In this document: in pieces, positions 1 to 13,089 of the stretch | Layout of the letters: the number at the start of each line of letters is the position of its first letter | Position numbering within the stretch: the first letter of the stretch is position 1 | Source of the DNA: Camelus dromedarius | Taxonomy: Eukaryota | Assembly: GCF_036321535.1 (NCBI RefSeq) | Contig: NC_087437.1 | Location: 21,392,001-21,456,000 of the forward strand | DNA: 64,000 nt | Direction: 5' to 3' | Notes under the pieces: generated by a model | Databases searched by the model: none | Told to the model about the DNA's origin: nothing | The model's input: only the letters and a program-made list of their open reading frames with translations | Program-made: the position numbers and the translations under genes

Positions 1-600
1 CTTACAAGAAACATACGTGTACTTATATGTCACTTCTTTTTAAACAAATGGTTATATATTCAAGACACTGTTCTCCACTTTTCTTTTGTTAACTTAATAA
101 TGTGTCTTTATAGATCACTCCATATTCGTACATAGGTTTCTCACGTCCAATTTTACATGTGCATAGTATGCCATTATATGTATTGCACACAATTCATTTA
201 ACCAGATCTCACTGATGGATATTTGCTGTTGCCAATATTTTGCTATTACACACAATACTGCAAAGATTAAGCTTTATTTCCCAAATTTACAAGCATATCA
301 GTAGATTATATATTCCTAAAATTGGGACTGCTCAATCATGGGAAATGTGAATGTTAAATTAATAAATATTGTGAAATTGCTCCCCATAAAGGACCCATCA
401 GCAGTACAAGAAAGCACGTGTTATCCTACACCCTCAACAACAGTGTTTTATCAAACTTCTTAATACTCACCGATCTTACAGAGTGAATAATGGTACTTAG
501 TATAATGTTAAATTACATATGTTTTACGAATGAGGTAGAGTGTGCCTCTTCATCTGTATGAGAACCATTAATATGTTTATGTGAACCATTTATTCATAAA
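1..600 (-). mobile_element. Old L1M 3' fragment
   Basis: Degenerate reverse L1 3'UTR motifs (ctgatggatatttgctgttgccaatattttgctattac; ttcctaaaattgggactgct). Confidence 0.65.
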
Positions 601-604
601 TTGT

Positions 605-1050
605 ACCCCAAAAAAGAATAATGTCATTTGCAGCAACATGGATGGACCTGGAGATCATCATTCTAAGTGAAGTAAGCCAGAAAGAGAAAGCAAAATACCA
701 TATGATATCACGTATATGTGGAATCTTAAAAACAGAAAAAAGGACAAACGAACTTATTTGCAAAGCAGAAACAGGCTCACAGACATAGAAAACAAACTAA
801 TGGTTATGGGGGAGAGGGGAGGGATAAACTGGGAGTTTGAGATTTGCAGATACTAATATACATATAATAGATAAACAAGTTCATACTGTATATAGCACAG
901 GGAACTATATTCAATATCTTGTAGTAACTTCTGGTGAAAAAGTTATATAAAAACAAATACATGTATGTTCATGTATGGCTGAAACATTATGCTGCACACC
1001 AGAAATTAACACAACATTGTAAACTGACTATACTTCAATAAAAAATATAT
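605..1050 (+). mobile_element. Younger 5'-truncated L1 3' end (artiodactyl/camelid type)
   Basis: catttgcagcaacatggatggacctggag...gtatatagcacagggaactatattcaatatc...cttcaataaaaaa. The same tail recurs near 18.8, 22.1, 45.1 and 57.6 kb. Confidence 0.85.
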
Positions 1051-2114
1051 ATGCGCAATATTCCTCTTTGTCCCTTTAATAGCTTGTGGCTGTTAGTACA
1101 TCTTATTTGGTATCAATATTGTTTTGCTCACAGTACATCTTTGGCCATTTTAAATTTTCAATCTTTCTTAGATTTAAGAATACTGAATACAGTTTTAGTT
1201 CCAAAACAACTGTCTCTGTATTGCAACTGTATCCTCTTGAGAATTTCCATTCCTCTTTCTTCACATCATGCTTTCTCTTGCCTTTTCCATTCATTCTGCC
1301 TCCACAGGAGGAATTCAGTGATATTCCCTCTTTGGAGTTGCTGCATTCCTTTTAATAGGCTGTCATTGTAACAGCTGTAGGCTACTGTAATCTCTTGGAT
1401 GGTGTAGAACTGGAAATCAGTATAAGATATGCATATTTTAAATCTGATGTGCAAGCAATGAATGAGCTGGCAAAGTGGAACTGCTGTGCTTAGGATATAA
1501 AGGAACAAGAGGAGGATACGCGACAGCTTTCATCTACCTGCGGGGCCACGAATAATTCAGCCACAGCAGCCGCTGAGCCGGCCGCTTCCCAGAGGACTGC
1601 ATATGGCTCACAGGCAAATATGGCCTCTTTCACAGGCCAGAACCATCCAAAGGTACAGTCCACCCAACAGCATGTGCCTCTCAGATAACTGAGGAATCTC
1701 TGATCTTCAACAAAGGTTGTGCTGGGCTTTCAACACCATAGGATAATGAAGCCCTGAGTTACAGTATTTTTTTCTTTTAATTTTTAAAAAATAATACATA
1801 ATTATGTGATTTATCAGGAATACACTCACATACTCGGCTGCTTTTAAATCCTCTCCTACTCCCCTGGTTATGAGTGAATATAATTATCTTCAGGCTTGTT
1901 CTTATTTTAATTAACTATGTAACTTTTAAACCTCCAACTCTTAAGATAAATGCCTTAAGACAAAAAGCTCAGAAACCTTCCTCACTGAATACCTTAATGC
2001 TTTGTTTCAAAAAGTATTGAAGATAAGTTCCTTCTTTTTATACACTTCTCAAAAGTTAGATAAATAAACATTTTCATTAAAAGCCTAGGAACATTATGGC
2101 AAAACAAGCTTTTG

Positions 2115-3700
2115 CACTTCAATATTCACTGAGCATGTATAACTGTACTAGACACTAAGCTAGACTGTGACGACAAAAATACAAAAAAGACCCTACCCTT
2201 GAGGAGCAAATAGTTTGGTAAAAGAAAAGGACGATAGTATAAAGAAATACGATATAATGTGATAAGGACAATAATAAAGTACGTACAGGGTCCAAAGGTT
2301 AACACAAGGGAGACACAGTAACAAGGAGGAAAGCAGAGGAATTCACGGTCAGCTAGATTTTAAAGAATAAAAGGAATTTGACCAGTGGCCAAGAGAATTA
2401 CAGACTGAAGAAAAGACATACATTCTTTCAACAAAGTTCCTAGTTGAGGGCATATATTATGAGATAGATACTTTGAAACATCCTTCTTAGAGATACAATG
2501 ATGAATAAGATGAAAAGTCTCTGACTCCATAGAGTCAGGTGGGGTCCATAAGTAAATCAGTGAAGTCCAGAGTGATAAATACCACAATAGGGACAAGAAG
2601 AGAGTATCAGAGGCCTACGGGCCAAGTGGAAATAGACCTAAACTTAGATGCTAGGAATGAACAGAAATTAGCCAGGTGAAATGTACACACATCAGGAGTG
2701 AATGGAGCACAGTGTCAGAGAGGAACAACATTACAGGCACAGAGAAGTGCCTTAAAAAAGGCAGAGGGAGAGTGCAAAGGAGGGAGAGAGAGAGAAAGAA
2801 AGGGGGAGAGTAAGAGGAAAGGAAGAGGTGAAGGTAGGTGAGAGGGAGACAGACAGAATATAGTTCAATGTGGCAGAAGCATAACTGTCTGAGATAAAAG
2901 GCTGAAGATGAAAGCAAGAACATGTCATAAAGGATCTTTTAAGTTGGAGCTTGGACTTTACCTTGAGGGCAGTAAGGAACAAAAAGTGTCTTTTCTTAAC
3001 ATGGAAAGACTTGTTCAGATTTGTGCTTGAGAAAAAAAATATGTAGCTATAGTACAGTGAATGAAACAGAAAGAAATAAAATCTAAAAGTAAATAAAATA
3101 GCTGCAGTGACCCAAGAAACAGTTCACAGTAGTCTGAACTAAGAGAATAGCAACGGAATAGAGAAAAGGGTGGCGAGGGCTGAGAGGTTCAGGTAGAATC
3201 AACAAGTCTTGTAAGTGATTTGATTGAGAGTAGAGAGAAAAAAAGAAGGAGCCGAAGATGATGCTTTTGTTTTTGGTTTGGGCAAAGGGTCTACAGTACT
3301 ACCATTCAGTAAGATAAAAAGAGGGGGAAAGTAGGTTTTGAGAGGACGAAATAATCACTTTAATTATGGACAGATTAAGACTGAGATGCATATAGGTTAT
3401 TCAAATCAAAGTGTCCAATAAGCACCTTCAAATACACAAACTCAAGACGTATACAAAAACTCAACATAACACTGAATATATACACAATATACAAAAACTC
3501 AAGATGAAGGTTCAGGCCAGAGACACAGAGTTGAGAATCAACCACATACAAAGTAAATGATAACTTGGGGGATGAGAAGAGATGAAACTGCCTGGGGAAA
3601 ATGTGCAAGGTAAGAAAAAGAGACCTAAGACAAAACTCCATGGAACACTAATATTTAGAAGACAAACAGAAGAAGAGCTAGGAGAGTAGATGGAAACGGA
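2115..3700 (-). mobile_element. LINE L2 fragment
   Basis: Purine-rich reverse L2 motifs (ccctacccttgaggagc; ttggactttaccttgagggcagtaagg; ggccagagacacagagttgagaatc). Confidence 0.65.
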
Positions 3701-3734
3701 ACAGCCAAAAATACTAACTTAGAGGAAAAGGAGT

Positions 3735-4185
3735 AAGTACTTAATGAATGCTTAGCATGCGGTGGTACGTGGCAGCTGTTGTACTAAGTGATTTGTGTGC
3801 ATTACCTCATTTAATCCTTACACACCCTATGAGCAACTTACCATTATTATCTGCATCATCACAGATGTGGACACTTCGGCTTAGAGGGATCAGCTTGTTC
3901 AGGTTTACATACTTGGTTGGGTGTAAGAAGTATGACCAAGATTATACCCTAGACCTCCAGAGCCCTCGTTCTTTTTGTTGTTGTTTGTTTGGTTGTTTTT
4001 TTTTGGGGGGGGGGGGATTAGGTTCATTTAATTATTAACTTGTTTGTTTATTTATTTATTTAAATGGAAGTACTGGGGATTGAACCTAGAACCTCCTGCA
4101 TGCTAATAATGAGCATGCGCTCTACCACGATGCCCCGGCCCCCAGAGTCCTCGTTCTTAACTGCTACACTGTACTGCTTTCTACA
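3735..4185 (-). mobile_element. MIR SINE interrupted by a Vic-1-like SINE
   Basis: Reverse MIR core cattacctcatttaatccttacacaccctatgag...cagatgtggacact. Confidence 0.7.
3974..4141 (-). mobile_element. tRNA-Ala-derived SINE (Vic-1-like)
   Basis: Reverse tRNA head ggaagtactggggattgaacc...ctctaccac. TSD ccagagYcctcgttctt at 3957-3973 and 4142-4158. Confidence 0.85.
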
Positions 4186-4299
4186 AAGACTTAAAAAGTG
4201 TGGTATCATGGACACAAAGGAATACAGTGATTCAAAAGACACTACCCCCGTAACAATGAGCTCAGCTAGCATTATCTTGATTTCTAATAACATCCTTTA

Positions 4300-5250
4300 T
4301 TAAAAAAGAATCAGGACCCTTTGGGAAAATGGCTGATCTGAGGAGTGGGCAGGAAATATGTCAAAGGGATACAGAAAACCAACTGAAAGCTCCCAATGGC
4401 CACAGCTCTAACACACACACACACATACACAAAAAGTAGTATTGGACTATGACCCAGAGTATAAACTAAATATCCATGAGTCCATACTGCTATAAATAAA
4501 GAATTAACTAACTAACTAAATAAATAGGGGAGAAGAGACAAATCTAACGTGGAAGAATTCCAAAGAAATTATGTATATACTCACACCTCAAACAAGTGGA
4601 GTAAACTCTCCACTCAAGCGTGGGCTCCACATAATGACTTCCTTCCAGACGATGGTATGGGAAAGGCGGAAAGGGGAGAGTCAGTTTACAACATGACAAA
4701 CACTCCCTCAGCCAAGTGACCAAGGTTCACATCAACAGTGATAAGTCATGCTGGTGGCATGCCTTCTTGATACGCTGTGATGACAAAGGCACTTTATCTC
4801 TGCAGTCTTTCTCTCAAAAACCTATAATCCCAATCTACGTATGACAAAAAAAAAAAAAAATCAGAAAAATCCCAGTTGAGGGACATTCTGCAAAAATACC
4901 CAAGCAGTACATGTCAAAACTGTCAAATTATCAAAAACATGGGAAGTCTGAGACACTGTCAAAGCCCAAGGAGGCTAAGGATGCGTCAACATGAGATGAA
5001 ACATGGTAACCTCAAAGCTCTCCTGGAACAGAAAATAGACATGAGCTAAAAACTAAGGAAACCTGAATAAAGTATGGACTTCTGTTTATTATAATGTATC
5101 AGCATTGGCTCATTAGTTGTAAAAACTGCACTAGACTAATGCAGGATGTTAATAGTAGGGGAACTGAGTAAGGAGTTTGTGAAAACTGTTACTATTTTTG
5201 TAATTTCTCTGTAAACCTAAACTGTTCAAAACTTAAAAGGTTATTTTTTA
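4300..5250 (+). mobile_element. L1MC/MD-type 3' UTR fragment
   Basis: ttgagggacattctgcaaaa; aggatgttaatagtaggggaactg; ctgtaaacctaaactgttc. Confidence 0.75.
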
Positions 5251-5639
5251 CATGGGAGGGGGCACATTAACTGCCAAAAGCTGACAAACAGGAAAAATTT
5301 TTAAAAGACACAACCAAGAGCAGTTTCAATGGATTAAGGAGTAACAAGCCAGATTACATCGGGCAGAGGAGTGAATGAAAGCCGAGAATGGGACTCCAAG
5401 CACATAGCTTCTTCCAAGAAGTCTGATAATGATGGGGAGAACAAATCAGAGCTGGAAGGAGAGATCAAGGTAAAGAAAGTGTTCTGTTGGTTTATTTTTT
5501 TTAATCAAGGTATAATTCACATACCCTCAAATTCACCTAAAAGGTGTGCAATTCAGGGGTCTCCAGTATATACAAAAAGTTGTATAACCATAACCACTAT
5601 TTCCAGAGCATTTTCATTACTTCAAAAAGAAATGGTAAA

Positions 5640-7320
5640 ATGAAAGAAGATTTCAGTAAATGGAATATGTTCATAAATAGGAAGACATAGTATTGTTGAG
5701 CTGTCAATAAAACCAAAGTGATCCAGAAATTCAACGCAATCTTTATCAAAAATATAACAGCTTTTTTCACAGAAATGGAAAATGTGATCCTCAAATTCAT
5801 GTGGAATTGCAAGAGAGCCTCAAACGCCCAAACAATCTTGAAAAAGAAGAATAATGTTGGAGGATTCGCACTTTGAAGCTTACTACAAAATTACAGTAAT
5901 AACTAGTTATTAAGTATGGTACTGACATACAGGCAGACATACAGACCAACCAAATAGAATAAAAAGCCCAGAAATAAACCCTCACATATATGGCCAACTG
6001 ATCCTTGACAAGGGTGCTAAGACCATTCAATAGTCAAAGGACAGTCTTTTCAACAAATGGTGCTGGGAAAACTGGACATCCAAATGTTAGTTTGACCCTG
6101 ACTTTATATCATACACAAAAATTGACTCAAAATGGATCAAAAACCTAAACTTAAGAGCTAAAACTATAAAATTCTTAGAAGAAAACACTGGGGGAAATCT
6201 TCATGACTCAGGATTTGGTGATCATTTAATGGATATGACACCAAAAGCACAGGCAATAAAAAGAAAAATAGATTAAGTGGACTTTACCAAAACAAAGAAC
6301 TTTTGCACATCAAAGTATACTATCAAGACAGTGAAAAGACAACCTACTGAATAGGAGAAAATGTATGCAAGTCATTTCTCTCATAAGGAATTAATATTCA
6401 GAACACATAAAAAAAATTCCTAAAACTCCAGAACAAAAACAAATGATCCAATTCAAAAATGAGCAAGAGAGTTGGATAGAGACATTTCTTCAAAGAAGAT
6501 ATACAAAGGACCAATAAGTACATGAAAATATGCTCAACTTCCTGGGGCATTAAGAGAAATGCAAATCAAAACCACAATGAGATACTACTTCACAATTACA
6601 AGGATGGATATAATAAAAATGAGTAAGTGTTGGCAAAGATGTGAAGAAACTGGAAAACTTGTGCACTGTTGGTGGGAATGGAAAATAGTACAGCCACTGT
6701 GGAAATCTACATGGCAATTCCTCAAAAAATTAAAAACAGAGTTAACATATGACCCAGCAATTCCACTTCTAGGAATATATCCAAAAGAAATAAAAGCAGT
6801 GTCTTGAAAAGATATTTATATTCCCATGTTCACAGCAACATTATTCCCAATAGCTAAAATATCAAAGTAACCCATGTGTCCATCTGAAAGAATGGATAAC
6901 CAAAATGTGGTACAAACTTAAAATGGAATATTATTCAGCCATTAAAAGGAAGGAAATTCTGACACATGCTTCAGCACAGATGAACCTTGAGGACATCACA
7001 CAAAGCAAAATAAGCCAGTCACAAAAAGACACATACTGTATGATGCTACTTACATGAGTTATGTGGAGTAGTCAAAATCATAGACACAGAAAGTAGAATA
7101 ATGGTGGTTGCCAGAGGCTTGGAGGAGGAGGAAATGGGGAGTCATTGTTAATGGGTACAGAATTGCAGTTTTGCAAGATGAAAAGAGTTCTGAATATGGA
7201 TGGTGGTGATTGGTTGCACAATATGAATGTACTTAGTACCATTGAATTATACACTTAAAAATGGTTGATGTAGTAAATTTTATGTTACGTGCATTTTATC
7301 ACAATTAAAAAATTGGGGGA
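5640..7320 (+). mobile_element. L1 (L1MA/MB-type) ORF2 C-terminus plus 3'UTR, decayed
   Basis: ORF 6559-6807 (MQIKTTMRY...HCWWE...PLWK...YDPAIPLLGIYP) is the L1 ORF2 C-terminal Cys-rich region; the frame is broken elsewhere. Confidence 0.92.
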
Positions 7321-7779
7321 AAAATGAGACGCATCATGACTTCAAGTATCTTTTTCACTACTTCATAAAAATGTTTAAATTCTTAGTATACTTCTACAGA
7401 CCATTACTATTACTAAGCTAGGCATTTTTATATTGAAAAACAGATTTCTCTAGCCTCTTCTCCAGAGTATACAGCCTACCTTAGACATAAGCCTTTGAGG
7501 AAGCTGATGTTTCTCTCATAGCCATCTGTATTGTAATAGAAAACATTTTGTTTCCACCTTTGCATATGTACAATGGAAAAATTCAAACATACACAAAGGA
7601 AGAGAGAAAAGAATAATGAAACCCAATATAGCTATTGCCCAGCTTAAACAATCAACCAACTCATAGATCATTCTGTTTTCTCTACAATTCCATTCACTTT
7701 ACTCTTCTTTCCCCCAGTGGATTATTTGGAAGCCAACCCCAAACATACCATTCAAAAAAATTTTGTGAAGGGAAGGTAA

Positions 7780-7958
7780 TTTTTTATTTTATTTTATTTT
7801 ATTTTATTTTATTTTATTTTATTTTATTTTATTTATTTATGGGGGAGGTAATTAGATCGTTGATTGATTGGTTGATTTAATGGACGTACTGGGGACTGAA
7901 CTCAGGAACTCATACATGCTAAGCATACACTCTACCACTGAGTTATACCACTCCCCCC
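7780..7958 (-). mobile_element. Vic-1-like SINE with (TATTT)n tail
   Basis: Reverse tRNA head gtactggggactgaactcagg...gagttatacc; (tattt)n at about 7785-7838. Confidence 0.85.
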
Positions 7959-8295
7959 AAAAACATCGTATCATTTTAACCATAAAGATTTCAGTATGTT
8001 TTTTCTACATACTAAAAGATACTGTTGAAAGATACATATTGCAAAATAATGGCAGTGTCCTGCATAAGCTCCTATACTGATGGATCAGATTTCTGATATA
8101 AGCATTTCCCCAGTAAACCACATATTAGACAAAGGAATTACATATATATTCATTCATTCTACTGTTAACCCACTAGGAAGCAAGGCTCTCAAACCAAAAA
8201 ATCAAGAAGTCACTTGAACAGTCAGTTTCAATTGTAACATGATCATCAATCAAGGATGGTCTTAAAGATCTCTTAGGAAAGAATAGAATAAAGTA

Positions 8296-8297
<2 letters not shown>

Positions 8298-8333
<36 letters not shown>
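8298..8333. repeat. (AC)n microsatellite
   Basis: Perfect AC run about 240 nt into intron 3. Confidence 0.95.
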
Positions 8334-8338
<5 letters not shown>

Positions 8339-8575
8339 ACACGCTCTCTCCTTCTGTCTCCATCTCTCAGAGTAGCTGGCTTTTACATGATACAAGTTAT
8401 TTGGTATATGGTAACACATAACTTGGTAAGATTAAGTTATGGTATTATGTAGCACAACACAACAGTATTACATAATTATTATTATACATAAAGTAATTAA
8501 TGTGGTTGCTTATTTTAGAAAACAAATGCAATAAAACTAGCTCAATACAAAAAATTTTTATTCAACTGTCCTTAC

Positions 8576-8642
8576 CTTTTGTTGGACTGAGATTCTGATC
8601 TATAAATCCTCTTAGTTCTGCATTTGTGGAAGTCAAACCAAC
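8576..8642 (-). CDS. TFDP2: TFDP2 coding exon 3 (67 nt): VGLTSTNAELRGFIDQNLSPTK(G)
   Basis: Minus strand reads ctattttattcag|GTTGGTTTGACTTCC...CCAACAAAAG|gtaagg. The frame is open in phase 0 and continues exon 2. Confidence 0.95.
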
Positions 8643-9084
8643 CTGAATAAAATAGTTTAAAAAATTAAAAATAGGATCTTAATGTTATATGATCACTTAA
8701 TAAGCTATTATTAATAACCTTCCACCAGAGGTCCATATCATATATTATACGTAGCCACATAAAGATGAGTTAATTATTTCAACTATAGGAATAAGATTAA
8801 AAAGGAAATGTTGCTATATTGCTTGAAGTGGGAAAAATATGAATTATCCAGATTAAGACAAAAATTAATGAAATAATGTTACTTATGAGCAGAAATGAAA
8901 TCTACAGATTTTACTGATGGTTATTTGAAAGCAAGTAATGTGGGAGCCATGCAATTGCCGATAGATAGACCAAAATTCCACCCTCACTGCTGCCCTTAAG
9001 TTTTACTGTTCAGCATCACTGCCTGTAATGCTTTTCAACATTACGACACATAAGGATCAAATAAAGACCATTACTATCACAACG

Positions 9085-9330
9085 CAGAGGTGAGGTCCAC
9101 TGGCTTCAAGTCCAACTGCATAGGTTCGTACTCCAGCTCATCAAGCCTACAATGTGCCTGGACGTGGCCAAGTCACACACGCTCTCTATACCTCGATCTC
9201 CTCATCTATAAATTAGAGGATGCTAGAGGTACTCACCAATTCAGTTTGTTAGAAAGACTAAGAAAGATAATTCATATAAAGCACAGTGCTGGGCACAAAG
9301 TGCTCAATCCATGTTAACACTCATTACTGT
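9085..9330 (+). mobile_element. MIR SINE
   Basis: ctcctcatctataaa...taaagcacagtgctgggcacaaagtgctcaatccatgtta. Confidence 0.7.
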
Positions 9331-11696
9331 TTATCTGATACTTGGTACAGCAAGTGTGTTTATAAATTCTCCTTTAAATAATTTATTTCTTTCAATGTGA
9401 TGTCCACTGGACAACTTGAAATCATAGAACTGCAGTGTAGGACCACCAAATGGAGTTTTAAATTTTTATTAAAGAGCCAGCAGGGGAAAACCCATCATTT
9501 TTGAAAATTTGTCACAAAAAAGTATCCAGTTAATGGTTCTACTACTACTACTATATTGCTGCTTTAATCCTTACAGATTTGTAATCTTGAATATCAATGC
9601 TAATTCGGTACCTCAAACATTCTTTCAAAGTACTATCACATTGAAAGGATTTCCAGGCTCATAATGCTCTGTAAGTTTCTATTTATGTACTTGCTTTATG
9701 TTTTTAAACTATCCATTGCTTTAACATTATATACCCTTCAAAACCACTCAATTGATACTTTATAAGAGCTACCTATTTCATTATTTGGTAACTCAAATTT
9801 CTACTAATACCTATTTCCTTTTGTCAAGAGATGCTACCAGAAGTACTTCTGAATATTGTTTATATCATAGAAAAGTAATTCTGATGCAAATGAATCTCTA
9901 GCACCTAATATTAAATTTTTATGGCAGTGGCTGAGACAAAGGCAACAAAAAAATGGCTTCCTAATTCTATGCAGATAATGGTGCAGATCCTTAATCCTGT
10001 CTAGTTTCTTATAAGTAATATGTTAGAAGTAAAGTAAACCTTTTGCAACAAAATTTCCAACAAATCATCACTCATGGATCTCCAGAGTTGCTCACAAATA
10101 CTGTTAAGTGTTCAGTTTGTAAATGCCAAGAGTTTTTTGTGGCATCACTAACATGCCTCCCCTTTTAAAGCTCTTCTCCTATAAAAAGAAGAGGAAGGCG
10201 AAATTTTTGTTGGTGTTCTACTGAAAAAAGAAAGCAAAGAAGGCAAAGACAGCTTTTAATATATCCCCTGCTTAATACAATGTGATCATGAAATACATGA
10301 ATTACAATAACTTCAAAAGCATCCGTTTATATCCCTTTGTTATGATACAAAGATAACGGCAAAAACCGCAACTAAAACCACATATTCACAGTCGAGAGTT
10401 CACAGTTACCGGATTACTGTTACATTTAAACACCTGCTTTTACAGTCCAACTTCTGCAGAGTGAAGTAGCAAACGAATTCAGAAACTTCCTAAGTAGCTG
10501 TACACCTGCACCTTAATAACCAACAGATTATACACTAAGAGGATAATGGTCAATTGTGAACCAATAATGCTGTAATTTCAGTCTCATAGATGGAGGGGAG
10601 ATGTTTGTATTTATAGCTTAAATACTACCGAAATTTAATTAAAACTTCAAAAATGTATGAATTTCTGCTTTCATAAACACTGTATAGTTTAAAAGTTTCA
10701 AAGAAAAAGTAGATTATTTGAGAATAGAAAAAGTTGACTAGGAAAAGCATTTAGAATATTATCTCTTCTTTCCTTATTCTATTTAAAAAGGATATTTCTA
10801 TGTTTCACAGATCAAGAGAAAAAAAGTAAACTCATTTTACACAAAATTTTTCATCTAATAAGATCCTGAGAAAACTTTTCTATCTGAATATTCAAACACT
10901 ATGTTGCATACTACAAGCTGTCATTAAATATCTACTGAATAAAAAATATCCAAAGCCCAAATGTTAAGAAACCATACTCCCCAATAACGGCACTATAATT
11001 TCACTGATATTTAACATTTCAGACTGATATTAACTGAAAGAAAACAGGATTCAAAGTGAGACGATCTGTGCTCAAAGTTCAGCTCTGCCATTCATTCACG
11101 AGTAACGTGATCTTGAAACAGTCACTGTAAAGTGGGGACAACAGTACATATGAGTACGACAAACTCAGCCCTTTAGATCAAATTACATAATTACGTGAAC
11201 ATGTTCATTAATGGCAAAGCAATATTCAAGTGTGGGCTGTTATTCAAATGGGAATGGCTTTAATACTTCAACACTGATATAAACAATTCATAGAAGAGAA
11301 GCACAAATGACCAATAGACATATAGAATATAGAATACCAGTCTGACCTAACTAGCAATCAGCGAAATGTAGTAAATTACATGCCATTTTTTGCTGATTAG
11401 ATTGACAAAGATTAAAGAGAAAATAAAGGGAAATGGCACTCTTATACACCAAAGGTGAATATATAAATTGGTGCAATCTTTCTGAAATGCAATTTACCAA
11501 TATGAATCAAAAGTCCTTGAAAAATACACGTCCCTTGTGCCAGTAGTTTCCTAAGAATTTTGCTTCATTTAAATAATCCAACAGGTAAGCAAAAATAGAG
11601 AAAAAGTTAAAAAAATGGAAATAACTTAACTTAGGAAACTGGTGTAATGTCCATATAATAGATAACATAAAAAAGCCATTTAAAATGATGTTGAAG

Positions 11697-11851
11697 TGGG
11701 GAGGGTATAGCTCAAGGGGTAGAGCACATGCTTAGCATGCATGAGGTGATGGGTTCAATCCCCAGAACCTCTCCTAAAAACAAATAAATAAATAAGTTAA
11801 CCTAATTGCCTCCCCACTCAACAAAAAATAAAATAAAAATAAATAAATAAA
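11697..11851 (+). mobile_element. Vic-1-like SINE inserted in an old L1ME fragment
   Basis: ggggagggtatagctcaaggggtagagcacatgcttagcatgc...gggttcaatcccc. Perfect 16-bp TSD taaaatgatgttgaag at 11681-11696 and 11852-11867. Confidence 0.92.
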
Positions 11852-12249
11852 TAAAATGATGTTGAAGAGCTATCAAGACAAGAAAAGACATTCATCATAG
11901 AGATTAAGCTAGTAGGTTACAAACAGGCTTGGCCTCATTTTTATTAAAAAATATATAACATACATATATTTTGGTTTTTATGTATAAACATTTGTGTAAT
12001 ACCAGATGGCTTCATAGGCAGAATTTTACTGATAATCTCTAAACTGGTTTCTTTTGTTTGTCTGTATTTTCTCATTTTTCTGTAAGGACTATTTTATGGC
12101 TTACATATTTTTAAAAGATTCTTTGGCAAGACAAAAAGTTATACCTCAAATTATCTTTCAAATTCTCTATTGTATACTGAGTGAGTAAGTTAAAACACAC
12201 CTGCATTTTTGGTCTGGAAGAGTATCACTGGATACTAGATACTACTTGA

Positions 12250-12765
12250 CAACAATTTTATCCCAGACACAATGAATATATTGCCAGCTCTGCAGAACTT
12301 ACTTTTGCAAAATGATCCATCCCACAATCCCTGCAGTTCTGGGCGGACTGTTCATCTTAGAGCCTCTACAGCAGCAGAAGTGGACCCACAACCCAGAGTG
12401 AAGCAGCAAACCACTTATGGTACCCCACTTCCTCCTCTACAATGACTTGTCAAAGCCTGTGGGCCAAGCAGGGTCAACCAAAGTTCCTCCATTGAATTTG
12501 AAATATAAATGCTAAGAAAGTTCCCTCTCTTCTTCTGAGATAAGCATTATGAGACCAGTGTAGGCTACTATGCCACCAGATAGAGCCAAGAGACCGAAAA
12601 AGGGACACAAAGCCCTGATGCCCACCACTCGATCCCCTGCATCCAGCTGTATTTGAAGCCGAGTACTCCAGACTTTCAGTCATGTCAATCACAACATTCC
12701 GTTTCTTGCCTTCAGCTATTTTGAATGGGGTTTCTAACACCTGCAACCATAAGAGACCTGGAATG
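12250..12765 (+). mobile_element. MaLR LTR (MLT1-type)
   Basis: MLT1-like 3' end gactttcagtcatg...ggggtttctaacacctgcaaccataagagacctg. Confidence 0.6.
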
Positions 12766-12904
12766 GCTGTGATAAGGTAAAAGTGACTCTTCACAAAAAA
12801 AAAAAAACTGTTCTTGTAAGATTGCAAGAATGCAAAAGGAGAACAGAAAATAAAGATGTACATACCTGAACGTACATGTAGTAACACCTCCATAAGACCT
12901 AGGC

Positions 12905-13060
12905 GGGGGGCGGGTATAGCTCAAATGGTAGAGCACGTGCTTAGCACGCATGAAGCCCGAGGTTCGATCCCCAGTACCTCCTCTAAGAATAAATAAATAA
13001 ACCTAATAAACTGCCCACCCCCTCCCCCCCAAAAAAGAAAAGAAAACACTTTAAAACAAA
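12905..13060 (+). mobile_element. Vic-1-like SINE, CpG-retaining copy
   Basis: gggtatagctcaaatggtagagcacgtgcttagcacgc...ggttcgatccccagtacctcc. TSD aagacctRggc at 12894-12904 and 13061-13071. Confidence 0.9.
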
Positions 13061-13089
13061 AAGACCTGGGCAATATCGTCCAAAGCTGT

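Noticed and set aside
1051..1508. Cluster of overlapping ORFs as a possible further TFDP2 exon or retrogene
   Set aside because: There is no match to the expected next DP-2 residues (NISFVAFPVS...) or to any protein I recognise.
6559..6807. ORFs resembling reverse-transcriptase-associated proteins (also 29393, 36390, 38877, 41969, 43550)
   Set aside because: They are decayed L1 ORF2 fragments with stops and frameshifts. No intact L1 is present.
11697..11775. tRNA-Ala(AGC) genes (nine look-alikes across the window)
   Set aside because: Stems are mismatched, and the copies carry A-rich tails and mostly TSDs. They are tRNA-derived SINEs.
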